Source: Phoronis australis (lineage: Eukaryota > Animalia > Phoronida). From it: a stretch of DNA of 64,000 nucleotides. The notes below the pieces were generated by a model. That model was not told the origin of the DNA. It worked only from the letters and a program-made list of their open reading frames with translations, and searched no databases. Location: contig NMRA01000049.1 in the NCBI GenBank assembly GCA_002633005.1, positions 784,394 through 848,393 on the forward strand. Reading direction: 5' to 3'. Below are positions 51,455 through 64,000 of the stretch, piece after piece (positions within the stretch are counted from its first letter, which is position 1; every line of letters starts with the position of its first letter). Both the position numbers and the translations under genes were made by a program.

Positions 51455-51763
51455 GTATTTAAACCGGACAGTGTGTTGATAGCCCTTTCAGCGAGCATGC
51501 TCAGTGGTGTTTTTGTCGTCGGAGCGATGACCCCATTCGATGTCGTCTCCACACGGTTGTACAACCAAAGCGTCGATGCCCAGGGCCATGGGAAATTTTA
51601 CAATGGATTCATAGATTGCTTCCAAAAGATTGCCAAAGAAGAAGGCCTTTGGGGATTCTACAAGGGAATAGGTGCCTCGTTTTTCCGACTGGGACCTCAC
51701 ACAGTTCTGAGTCTGGTCTTCTGGAATGAACTGAGGAAATTGTACAAACAAAAGGAAATGTAG
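51455..51763 (+). CDS. SLC25A35: SLC25A35-like exon 3 (stop)
   Basis: ttgcag|VFKPDS...[14 protein letters not shown]...[24 protein letters not shown]. Total length 301 aa. Confidence 0.93.
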   Translation, partial: VFKPDSVLIALSASMLSGVFVVGAMTPFDVVSTRLYNQSVDAQGHGKFYNGFIDCFQKIAKEEGLWGFYKGIGASFFRLGPHTVLSLVFWNELRKLYKQKEM

Positions 51764-53800
51764 GAAAAGGTTTGTTGCAATAGAAGATAAGAGTCATCCA
51801 TTGGACTCTGCAAGTTAAGCTGTAGTAGCTAGTCCAGGAAGTCATACCAATGTGGTCATGTTCAAGTGTAATATCACATTAACAGTAAAGACTAAAGGTT
51901 TGATTTGTGCAAGTTAAATGTTCTCCACAATCTGTTTTGACTAGTCAAGGAGCCAGTTTCAATTTCACTGTGAATGGTTATAAATGTGAATTCTATTCTG
52001 ATGTCTTCTGTTCTCAAGGCCTTGTCAATGATTAATATTGCACAAGAAATTTGTGCAGTTGGCTGGCTCACTATTGTTAGGAAGCCTTTTTGTCATGAGC
52101 AACATTGGGCAACTGGGGAAGGAAGTGGTCCCTCTCTGAGTAGACTGACCCTCATGGCTACATAAGTTAAGGTTACTTGCGTTGAGTTTGGAAATCTATG
52201 CAATCATGATGATTTTGTAAGTATTAGGAGGTCAGCCATTTCTTGACGTTTTATAGTCTTTTGGTACCAGTTCAATACAAGTATTCCTCTGCTTAACACA
52301 AACTCCCCACAGCCTGGACATGGAGTTTTGAAAATGCACATGAATTTAGTAATCTCAGTTCAGTTGGAATTTTCTGTTGTGGAGAACATTTTGTATACTG
52401 ATGTGGCAACAAACATTCTTATAGACGAAACTGTTTAAATGCATGGCAGTGCTGTCTGTTTATTTTTAAAATAACAGACTATCAAATTCACGAATGAGAG
52501 GGTGTAAAAATTTTTATCTATCAGAAAATAAACGCACAAAGTACAAAAATAAAGTAAGGGCTGTTCCAGTAAGAAATGTATGGGAGGGGTGAAGGCACTG
52601 TCATTTTTACCCAACGCTCTTATTTTTCTTTAATTTATTTCTCTAACCCACCACCCATAATTTTAATTAGGTTCAGATATAAAATGCAACCACCCACAAT
52701 ATTTTTAAATTATGCTTGAATTATACATGGTAATGTACATGTTAGCTTTTATTCTCTTTAGATATTTTCGGTATTCATTGTTTTGTGAGCCGACAACGGT
52801 CCAGTAGACACAACGTCAGCTCCATCCCAGGCAAGGAATAAAAATTCACACAAAGTCATGCTTTCCAGTGAATAGCGATTAATGAACAAGGATGTTGGTA
52901 TGCGCCCTTCGTGTGCATTGCAAATGGCAGGTGCTACTATTTCAAAATTCTTATAAGTGGGAGCAACGCCTGTAAACAAATTGCCTCTAGGTGGCACATC
53001 ATGATCTGAGATAATCAACCTGTCTTGTCAAAAAGTAATGGCCAACAGGGGTGGTATGATAGGCAAATCTGTCCAAAAATCGACTTGTGCTGGTGCATCC
53101 ATGCCATCTTATCTCTGTCATCATGTTAAGCGGTTTCAACATAAGAGACGTACAAGGAATGACTTGTTAGTGAGCAGTCGAAAACTAACAGGGGTGCTAC
53201 AATAGTTGAATCCGTCCAAAACACGACTGGTGCTGATGCATTCTCGCCATATACCTCTGTATCCAATTTCACTCTCGATCCGTCAAGCAGTTTTCGAGAT
53301 AATCGACGCACAAAGAATGGCTTGTCGAAAACTAAAGAAGCCAACTTGGGTTACCACAGTAGCCAAATCCGTCCAACATTCAACTGGTGCAGGTGCATCC
53401 CCACCACTGAAGTACCTAATATACTAAATTTCATCATGATCTGCCTAGCAGGACCACCAAAAATTTTAAGTTTCCTTCAGAAGATAGCCATTTATTTTTA
53501 TTTCAACTACTGCACCCTCCTTCCATACAGATTTTGCTAGAGCAGCCCTAAGAAAATATAATGCAAAATGTGAGTCAACATTATTATTGCATGAAAAAAG
53601 ATAATAAAGGGCCAGTAACATTACGTGAGTAAAGAGCAAAACAGTTGTATTGTGCATTCAGTGACAGTAAAGTTGCATCAAACCCACTTAATGTTTGATT
53701 CTCACTTGGACAAAGTTCCGTGTTTCTAAATCATGTACTTGAATCGTAAGATAAGTAGGTTATGCCATACTCGAAAAAACAATTGCTTCAATGATACCTG

Positions 53801-54047
53801 GGGCCCATTCCAACAAAACTGACTTAGCTAAGACAAATCTTAAATTTTAGTAAATTTTAAGATAAAACTTAAATTTGTCTCTAGACCATTTCATAAAAGA
53901 GATCTTAAAATTGAATTAAGTTTTTGATAAAAGTTTTGTCTTAATTTCACCTATCTTACCAGATGGGGAAGTTTCAAAGTATGGAAGCTAAGATAAATCT
54001 TAGACTTAAGTCAAAATGAACTTTAGTCAGTTTCTTGGAATGGGCCC
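53801..54047. mobile_element. MITE with GGGCCC-initiated TIRs and CTG target duplication (PIF/Harbinger-like)
   Basis: CTG|GGGCCCATTCCAACAAAACTGACT ... AGTCAGTTTCTTGGAATGGGCCC|CTG. Confidence 0.8.
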
Positions 54048-56077
54048 CTGTGTTATACTGTCATTATTTGCTTCTGTTGATAAAATCTTTTGTTTCTTAT
54101 CTACTAGTTTTAAAGAAGTACTGTGGTTGTTACATGTACATGATTGTGTTACATTTAATTTTTTTGTTCTCAGCACGTCATGCTATTTTGTGTTATGCCG
54201 GAAGTTATTATTTGGCCTAATAATAGATGGAACATTAGCTCATCAAATTCGGATGATTTTCTTCATACCTAATTTGGAGACTTTATTTTAATAATTATTT
54301 AGATAGCGATAACTTCAGTTTAGGCAAGGTACTGGATTGATGTTGTAATGGTTGATTTTGTAATTGAAATGTCATTTTCGGGTGTCTTGTATTTGAGGAA
54401 AATATTTTCAAATCATAGGTATTATATATAATTGTATTATGCTGTCTTGATCTTTGTTTTCATGCAAGTTCATTGCAGTGGGAAGATTCTCAATGGATAC
54501 ATTGAAATGCCACATACCGTACTATTGCCCGTAAACGCCAAGTATGTTTGAATGAAGCACTCACTGTCTCTAAAAAAAGCGGGGCGGCCTGCATTTCAAA
54601 GCCGTATATTTCAAAAGACGGGTTTGGGCATTATTCAAACTACTGATTGAGGCTAAAGGCCTGGCAGGTATGTCGATTACAGTCACTTCACTTGAGTCAA
54701 GTGAAAACTCAGATGATTATGCAATATCTACAGTTTGTTAGTGATGGATAAGCTAATAGTTCTTATTTTACAAGCACTTCAGTTTGGCATTCTGAGATTT
54801 GAATGGCTTTACATGAGACAACTCCCACACAAAAATTTGGGATTTTCTAAGTACCCCACCACCTAAGCAAGTCTAAGCCAGATTGTGACTGAACCGTCCT
54901 AATCAATTCGCAAATTAATGCTCGTGACGCTAATCTCTCTAATAATGCATTTATTTTAAAATTTCGAAGATGGCTACTATTTACTTCTCAATTTTAAAAA
55001 TTGCCATGTTGGTCATTTGCCTTACTTGGTGTTTGTTTTTTTAGTTTGAGACTTGTATGCTCAACAGGCAAGTTTTTTTACTACCGTAGCAATCTCATCC
55101 AACGCGTTCAGTCAAACTCATGAATACCGACTACCTCACTTCAATCTGTGATGGCACACTATCAAGCCTTTGATGTGCTGAGGAAATCGCTCATTTGGGG
55201 TAAACAGTATACGCTTTCTGGTCCACTTGCGTGCATATCCTGCTAGATTAAGATTACCTAATGAAAGTCCTATCTGAATGTTTGAATTTTGGGAGTACAG
55301 TAGAACACAAGTATTCCAAGTTAAATTTTTCTATATCGATACTAGGTTTTTGGTTGTTTCAGAGATATTTTATGAGCATTCCCATAAAGATTTTCATCGA
55401 CACACTGCGATTGTTTAACTCGGGCCAACTGATGCATCATACCTCATTCTTTCTTGCCACAGGCTTGTGATATGCTTTGAATATAGATTCTGACACAGAA
55501 TAGCTATTTAGAGACTTGTTGGGTTTTTTCACAATGTCTGACCATACAACAAAAAATGCTTGTGTCAAAATTTGCTGTAAGTCAAACTGTTTACAGTACT
55601 GCTGGCTTTGGACTTGTGGAATGTAATGTACTTACAAAGAAGTGAAGATTATTGACAGGTCTGTTATGTGGTTTGACTGTTTCTGAAGACTGGGTTTTAT
55701 GGTATGCTGAATGTATACAATGTGTTTCAGTGATGTTTAAGATATTGTGGAAGGAATGCTCATTTAGCCAGAAATGTGACACTTTTCAATACTCAGTTTG
55801 AAGCGTCTTAATTCTTGTGTATTATAGGTGTGAAACACGTTTCAACAATATTTCACTGCTGACAATTGTCTAGTAAAGGTCGCATAAGTTGGATCGTACC
55901 TGACCGACAAATTTCACGTGAGTTGAGCAAAATGCACTTGTCTGAATGGCCGCATGCACCATATTTGACTGGAATAAATCCCCCCGGCCAATTACGCTCC
56001 ACTAAAATGACGTCTCCAGCAAATCACATGCATCTCTGGAGGTGTATCACCTAAATGTATATAATAATTATTCTTAT

Positions 56078-56085
<8 letters not shown>

Positions 56086-56112
<27 letters not shown>

Positions 56113-56113
56113 T

Positions 56114-56152
<39 letters not shown>

Positions 56153-56168
56153 CTGTGTCTGTGTATGT
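56086..56168. repeat. (TG)n microsatellite
   Basis: Directly visible. Confidence 0.97.
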
Positions 56169-57550
56169 ATATGCAAAATGTACTTATTTTCATGACGTGC
56201 ATGATAATGCAGAAGTCAGAGGTTCAGCACATTGGGGGAAACGTGCGAGGCATTGTAAATTTTTGTTAAGACTTCACGTGCAGCTGTTGCATGTTCAGGG
56301 CATCTTTCAAGAAATTAGAATGGGATGAATTTCTACATATGCATGATAAAAATGAGCAGGGGATTTATGTTAAATGATCTGTGCATTTTCTCAGAGTTGT
56401 GCAAAAATTCAACTCAATCTCCCCAACTTACATGTAAAGAAAAAGAATCGGTGTGTCTAAGAACAGTCGTACTGCGGAACTTTGTCTGAAATGAGTGAAA
56501 ACCGACTTCTGTACGTCCGGCTTATGCGAGCTTTACCGTACCTGTAACTGAAAGCAATCAAAACTGTATTATCTCTCTTTGCTGTTTACATTGTTTTTAT
56601 CAACTAGTGCCAGTATTCTCCATACTTGTGTTCAAGGTGTCGCAAGCACCATGTTATAAGTTCTGTGCTGTGTTTGAAAAGCTTGAGCCAATGGTTAAAA
56701 ACCTCACAGTCATGTTTAAAATCTTGAATCATTTTTGAAAAGCCAAATTTCTCTCCTTTACATCACAAATAGTGGTACTTGCTTCTATTCTCTGGTAAAA
56801 TGATAGGGACATACTTTGCAAATGAAAATGATGTGTAGCTATTCATATAGTTTCAAAACAAAAAGGACAATGTAAAAGTTTGACAAAGTTTCAACAAAGT
56901 CACACAAAACCACGACAAAATGTCCATTTGTTATTGACTAGAACACATTTCTGTTCTGGCAATTCTCAGCAAAAAATTCACAGGTGTGACTCCAGGCACT
57001 TTGTCGAAATCACCATGTCTTGCCTTGCAAATCCTTGATGCACAATTAGCAGCTAGTCTCAATGTCATGTCAAAGCTTGACAAAAAATCACATTTTATTG
57101 CCACAAATGTGTGACTAAATTGCCGAATAATTCTCACGAGAAGTTTGTCCATGGGCAGAGTCTGACAGAGTTCTGATGAAGTCTGTCCAGTTTATTTGGA
57201 AAACTACTATGCTCAGTTATTTCTGCAGGATTTAGACCAAAACACGTGAGGAGCAGTTGGCACTATGTTTGAATTTTTGTTCTGATGGGGAGAGCCCTGA
57301 GTGCAGATGCAATACTGCTTCTATAGTAGATTAGTGGTGAGAAACCATTCAGTGCTTTTAGAATTGTTGAGGGAATTGGAAACTACTTTTGACTGCAGGT
57401 GAGTCAGTACAAAGTGGACATGTATTCACTTGATTGTGCAGTTTGTAGAATTTGTGAAAGCAATTTGTGAGGTTGAAAATTTCAGTTATCAGCTCACAGG
57501 CATTGCCTTTTGGTGATACTGGTTCTCCATAATAATAACCAGTTAGTTAA

Positions 57551-57932
57551 AGGTGAAGGCAACTTTTTAGAGTCACTTTTGGTCGATTTTAAATTTTCTT
57601 GAATTTTCCGGAGCTCTAATTTTAATTAGAGCTCCGGATGTGTTTGCGACACGATTCATGGTGGACAATTCTAAATTGTAACCTAGATTTTCTGCAATTA
57701 TTTGCCTCCGAGGAGTATTCTGACGTTCTTGGATTGAGCTAGAGTTCAGTGGGATTTAGCCCTCATTTGATCTGCAGTGGATAGGACATAGCTGGAGTCG
57801 ATGTATACAAAGATGGGTGAAAAATTTGGGCTTTGAAACACATAATTAAGGAATTAGCTTGAAAATTTACCTAAGGTAACCAGAAAATCGTCATTTAAAC
57901 CAAAAATGACTTAAGTACAGCTGCCTTCCCCT
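57551..57932. mobile_element. TTAA-flanked MITE (Kolobok-like)
   Basis: TTAA|AGGTGAAGGCAACT..AGTCACTTTTGGT ... ACCAAAAATGACT..AGCTGCCTTCCCCT|TTAA. Confidence 0.7.
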
Positions 57933-60148
57933 TTAATTGTCTGAAGCCAAAATGATGACTGGTTACATAAGTTGACTTATTAAGTGATAATTACCACACA
58001 ATGGTGGTCATGCAAATTAATCAAGGCGACTAATAATACAAAAATATTAATTTTGCATTGGAAATTACTTGTAAATAAAGTCATTATGCAAACGTTGTAT
58101 CAGTGCTAGTTAAATTCTTGAGAGGAATTAGGGTTGTAACTACCTCAGAAAGGACACATTTATTTCTAAGAAGAAAGTGAGTTCTTTGTCATATTATTGC
58201 AACTATTTTGATTATTACTCAGACATTATGAATAGGTAACTTCGATTAGGATTTAAATTTGATTATGGTGTAAATGCGCTTATTAGTGAACTGATCAAAT
58301 ACAAGACTAGTGCTAAAGGGAAAAGTTCCTTTTGCTTTACATGCAATCATTGAAAACTATTCTCCATAAAACTACACCGTCACGCACATGCACACACACA
58401 CACACAATGCGCAATTCTAAACAGGCAAATTAAAGATTACCAACTATTGAAACTGTGTGAGGCTTCACCACCAAGACTTTGTGATTTTGGTTTAAAGATG
58501 TATTTGCATGCTCCTGAATGCTAGTGTATAGCAGGAACTAAATGACGATGCTAATTTTAACATTATGTAGGCTAAACAATGTGCCGTTGCTTTCATTGTA
58601 AGGGTGAAAACAAAACAAAATCTACAAATAGCTGACCTTTGCACTAATGACGTCCTTGCAGGCTCACATAGCCCGCATCACGCAGTTTTACTCCCCAGCA
58701 CCACGTCACGATACTTACTGAACACGGCTCAGTGATTTGCAGCAGATTATTTTCGCCACAAATCGCAATCTTAAAACATTTGGCAATTTTCAACCTGCTT
58801 CAGTCACAATGTCACTATATGTTGTCTTTTTAATTAGTTTGGACAAGCAACCCCAGAGATGAGTAATTAGCCTGCAAGTTCCATTTTAAAAAAATATGAT
58901 ACCTGAAAACTGTCTGTTTAGTCGATGTGCAGGTCATCTCAATTACATTTAGTACACTATGACTCAAAATAAACTCAACGCTGAAATTCGACAAAGTTTC
59001 CATGACCAATACAACAACTAAATATCCATTTCTTTTCATTTCAAGACCGGAAAAATCTGGACAGGAGTTGACAAGACTATGATAAAATTGTGACAATTTA
59101 TTGTTCTAAGTCGTTCACAGACAATTAGCGGCTTAGTGAAATTATGTCACATTAAACTGACTAAATTGCAACCTCATTTTATTCCGACGATATTTTGACT
59201 TAACTGCCATCTTAATTCCAGCAACAAACGGAGAGCAACAAATTTTATTTTGAAAACTATTGTACCAATATCAAAGCTGTTATTAAACCTGCTTTCTGCC
59301 AAAGTTGCTGTTGTGAAATGGGTCTCAACGAATAAAGAATAGAAAATTCTTTGCTACACTGGACCAGTGTTAACACAGGAAAGTGCTGAATAGGATGTTG
59401 AGCAAATAATTGGTGGATTTCTTCAAGCCCAGAAACCATCACTGAGACTATTTTTCTAGAGGAAAGTGAGTGTAAATCAAAAGACACAGTTAAATTTAAT
59501 GGACTGCGGATTCACATGAGCTTTGACAATTACATCTGCATTACAACAAAGTGAACTGAAAATCCAATCCACAAACTAAGGAGCTCAGACCCTTGTAAGT
59601 GCCTCAAAATTTGGGAAAAGGGGCACGAAAAAAGTGGGTATGAGAGAGTGTTTACCAACAGACTGACGAACAATGACTAATCACCAACCTCCTCCAAGTT
59701 TATTGGTGGGGGCAATAAAATGAAAAATTATCTATTTACAGTATTTGAAAGTTGTATTACCAAAATGACAATTTACACAATGCAAACACATACCATATAA
59801 TATATAACAAGAAATGTCACAATATACCTTGGCAAGGGATTCCATTTCCGAACTAAGACCAATACGGATTAAAAATCCCAAGTGGATTTGATGTCCTACA
59901 AGAACATGCTTGTGCTTGAGTGCACTACCACGAATTGGAGTACTTAACTAGAGATCAAAAGTGGAATCCGGAGCTCTGATTTTTAAAGTACATTATATGA
60001 TAACAACAGTCTTCCATATCTGCCAGCTTCATATTTTGCACAGATTTACTAGATGCCCTTTTGCAGCACATCTCCAACAGCTAGTAAAATGTGATTTTTT
60101 CCAAGTCCTGGCACATGTGACATGGTTAGCATTGCTGCCGCTTGTACT

Positions 60149-60349
60149 CTACTGATCCATGGGTTCGGCCACACCCTCCTCCACTTGAGGATCCGCTGGT
60201 TGGCTGTCATCCATCCTGTGATCAGACTCCTCCTCACGCGGTGCAGGACCCCTCTGTTCTCCCTCGATCAAAGCCAGATACTTGGCCACCTCCTCATCAT
60301 CAAATATGGTGAAGTTCTCGTCCTTACCAACAATGCCCAGCGAGCAGTT
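60149..60349 (-). CDS. PSMA1: PSMA1 last coding exon
   Basis: NCSLGIVGKDENFTIFDDEEVAKYLALIEGE...EPMDQ*, with the acidic tail typical of this subunit. Confidence 0.92.
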   Translation of the reverse strand, partial: NCSLGIVGKDENFTIFDDEEVAKYLALIEGEQRGPAPREEESDHRMDDSQPADPQVEEGVAEPMDQ

Positions 60350-60805
60350 CTAAAAAGTGAGCATTTTTGAAATGAAAAGAGTTGTATGAACATACACATT
60401 CACACTACTAAAGACATACTTTCCGTAGACTGTTCACACAATGTGCATTGTCAATCATTAATTTCACATCACACAGAGAGATTATCAAATGACTCTGGCA
60501 TACCAACCCAATGCTAAGAAAAGTCCGTTGAAGAAAGAAATTCGGCTTCATACTCAACTCAGAGAATGGATCAAGCAAAAGACAATCTACAGCTTATTAG
60601 GATATAATGTACTGCCAGTGCAAGTTGACATTGAATTTAAATTGGCTACCCTGTTTGCATTCAAAAAATATTTCTAGAACTAAGTAAACAGCCTGGCTAA
60701 GGTAAACTTTCACCAGAGTACCTCTCATCAACAAGAAACGCACAAAATAATACAGTGTAGAGTTTGCAATAAAGAACTAGCCAGAGACAGGAGTCACTAC
60801 GATAC

Positions 60806-60885
60806 CTTGGTCGTCAGTTCCACTTCGTTTGGTAGTGTGTCACGGAGAGCCCTCAAGCCATGTTTGATCAGCTCTTCCCGGGTAC
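60806..60885 (-). CDS. PSMA1: PSMA1 internal exon
   Basis: (C)TREELIKHGLRALRDTLPNEVELTTK. Confidence 0.93.
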
Positions 60886-61974
60886 CTTGAACATTGAACA
60901 GCTATTACTAAAACGGAGGCGCAATGACACGCATTTTTTCCAAATGACAAGACACGAGGGGGCGCTCAATGCTTTTGAGCAATGAAAAAGATTATTGAAC
61001 TTATCGCTTGATATCTAAGCCCATGAGCAGTGAGAGTACATAACAATTTAAACATTCAACTGTAGACAGCCAAAGTGCTGACGTTCATACGGACTAATAT
61101 GGTCATAGACTGGTGCGTAGAAAATTGACAAAACTGGTGAAATAATTGAATGAAATAATCAGTGGATATGAAATTTCTAAAATTCACCATTGTTGGCCCA
61201 TTTCTAACATGCATACTTTAGTCAATAAAAGTAAGAATAACAGCAACGCAAAGCATTGACATGCACCCACAGAGCACCACGAATGGTACATCTCTAACCT
61301 CTGGGGTGCTGTTCCCTCAGAAAGTACTGAAAAAGCCACAAGTCATAACCAAAATGGCCACCTGGGGTTGCTGCTGAGGTAGAATCTATCGGACAATCGA
61401 CTGGGGCTGGTGCATTGCCATCATGTACCCCTGTGTCAAGCTTCATGAAATCTGTCAATAGGTTCTCTAGATATTATCCAGAAACATTCTCTCCCCTTAC
61501 AAATGCTGAAAAAAACTTGTGGGGACCAAAATGGACACTAGAGGGTGATGCAGTGGTTGAATCTGCCCGACAATGATCTGGTTCCTGAATAATGCCATCA
61601 CATACTTCTGTCCAGACAAAACAGGTCACAAGGGGGTGCTGTAGTGGACGAATCAATTAGTGATGGTGTATTGCCACCACATACTGCAGAGTAAAGCTTC
61701 ATTGAAATCTGAAAAAGATTCTATAGATATCCAAAAACGCCCTTCCTCCAAGGAAAAACTGAAAAGCACCACCAACCCAGCCCCAGGGGTGAGGCAGATC
61801 AAAAAGTGGCTTTAGGAGATTCTTTTGCAAAATTTTGCCAACATCGACCAGGGAGTTTAAGAGGTAGCGAGCATTTGCCCAGAAAGGATAACAATCACAC
61901 ACACATAAATACATAATTTGGGTGCATAAAAATCACTGGCACCTACCAAACATTTTCAGTCACGTATAACTTAC

Positions 61975-62104
61975 AGTCAGGAAATGTGTCCATAAACTTT
62001 TCTAGGTACGTTCTCGCTGACTGTGATCTGGCGCCAATAGCCATGGCCTTACAATTGAAGAAGTTGGCCGAGGGACATGTTTGGTATATGTGAGACCCCA
62101 TCGC
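61975..62104 (-). CDS. PSMA1: PSMA1 internal exon
   Basis: [43 protein letters not shown]. Confidence 0.95.
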
Positions 62105-62258
62105 CTGCAAACAAAACAAACCTTGGCTCTGAGATACCCAAACTAACCTAGGTAGATATAATTGCCATCATAACACACCATGTTAGCTAATTAATTTATT
62201 CAGATACTAATTAAATAACAAGTAAACAGTAATGAAAGTAAATTTCCCTTCTACTTAC

Positions 62259-62329
62259 ATCATAGCCAGCAACTATCAGACCTACACCAAATGGCCGGCG
62301 GCCATACCTTTGTGTTGGAATTTGAGACT
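62259..62329 (-). CDS. PSMA1: Proteasome subunit alpha type-1, internal exon (upstream exons lie beyond the window)
   Basis: (K)[23 protein letters not shown] with AG/GT boundaries. Confidence 0.93.
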
Positions 62330-64000
62330 CTGAGAGGAAGTCAAGGAAAACGTCATTGTGTAAACACAATACTTCAGTCATTAACAAGCACTATTGATTC
62401 GTTCACTGCCAAGTTTTTTAAAACTGCATTTTCCAGTGCCAAATAAATTATGAGGATACACATTAGCCAGGGTGCAATCACAAATATGCTTGTTTTAAGG
62501 GCACGTATTTGTCAGGTATTAAAAGTATTTTAGACTTCTGGCGAAAAAAACAATATAATCAGTCAAATGAAAGGTTTTAGTTGAAATTCATACCCTGCCT
62601 GCCTCTGTCACTACATACCTCATTTCATGACTGACATTTCAAACTGTGATCCTGAATCAAAATCGTTTTGAATTTAAGTCCATTAAACCTCACTGATTGA
62701 CAGTTCAGTGACCATTGCATCAACTGCAATTCAAACATAAGATATCAACAGAAATTTTGTCAAAAAAGTGATTTTTTGTTTGAAAATTGACTCATTCAGC
62801 ATTAAGTAAAAGTGTCTTCCTGCTATCTAATAATGTTGTCAAACTGTAGATACCTCCAATAACATTCATGATTAATGACGTCAAGAAGGTTGAAGTACCA
62901 AACTCGCCGATTAGGGCGTTAGGCAGTGAATGGGTAACTTGCCGAACGGTGTGCCTGGCAGTAAAGAGTTCTACGTAAGTTTCTGGCAAAACCAGAGGAG
63001 ACTAGGATCATTCACCCTCATTCATGTGACCACGTGCTGTAACTGTTAATACTCAGACAGCCAGTTTTAACATGTAGACGTTGGTGAAGGACTACGCTAC
63101 ACTGTTTTTACACCGAGACTGTCAGGAACTGGAACTTGCTATAAGAAAAGGATACTGCTCCCTATCATAGAGACGAGCCTAGAGACTGGTAGCGGTGCTT
63201 CAAACGCGTAACGCGAGTTCAAGCATTCTGTACGCATGTACTTGCTGAAATAGACAACACAGGCAAAATAAAATCCATACTACTGTCCCAGAAGCAAAAG
63301 GTACCCGCTCATCCAAAACCTTTACGGCAAACAGATGGCGCTGGATGCAATGATGCTTTAGTAACAACAGGCAGCGCTGCTTACAGTCATGTGACATTCT
63401 TGTGTGAACTGAATCTTGACCCAGCACCTTGACCTACATTCTACAGCTGCTGACGTCACATCGCCGTTGTGACAACGTGACATGATGAGCTCAGTGCTTC
63501 ACTCTTTGTTTATACTGTCAGCTGTTATTAATCATGGCCACCAACATGTTCATAGTGCATGGTTCAGTTCGTTAAATAGATACTATATAAGTTGAAACCA
63601 CTCTCTTTTGCCTTAGTGTTGATAGAACATAAAATATTACAGACGTTTCTACTTGGTGAACCATCAGCTGCCGTGCCGTGCCACGGCCAGTCCGGCGGTC
63701 TGTTGGGCTCAGTGTTGTTGGCTAGCGAGACACTGAACGAAAAAGAAAATATCGCAAGAGAATAAAACCTAACATGTATATCACCATGTATAATTCAAGC
63801 ATAATTTAAAAAATATAGTGGTTATATTTCAACCTAATTAAAATTATGGTTGTTAAGTTGCCAAAATCTCGCCGAGCGGAAAAGTGGCCAGGCCCGGTTT
63901 AGTAGCCTCACCATGGTCACGTTCATTAAATATATATTTTACCCCAGCGTTTAGGCCGAGCAACCACAACAGCGTAGATTATTAACACTTTCATCTTAAT

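Overview
Intron-rich, repeat-rich animal genomic DNA, most likely a marine invertebrate (inferred from gene and repeat types, not proven). The main feature is a ~11.5 kb, essentially intronless, trimodular non-ribosomal peptide synthetase (NRPS) locus at ~10.5-22 kb (+): partial C-A(Cys-like)-T-E-C-A-T-C-A-T-E-TE. It is open for 2,623 codons and then decays through in-frame stops, a frameshift, a deletion, and a hammerhead-bearing Penelope-like retroelement insertion between E2 and the TE remnant. It lies among ordinary spliced animal genes: a 7-exon TRIM E3 ligase (RING-Bbox-Bbox-CC-COS-FN3-FN3, no SPRY; minus), a 3-exon SLC25A35/34-type mitochondrial carrier (+), and the last four exons of PSMA1 (minus). 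Other elements are a ~2.7 kb THAP-containing foldback palindrome, a CR1/L2-like LINE relic, several minimal hammerhead ribozyme motifs in Penelope-type repeats, tRNA-derived SINEs, MITEs, Helentron/DINE-like repeats and a 98-bp higher-order minisatellite. All calls are by eye; no database searches were run.
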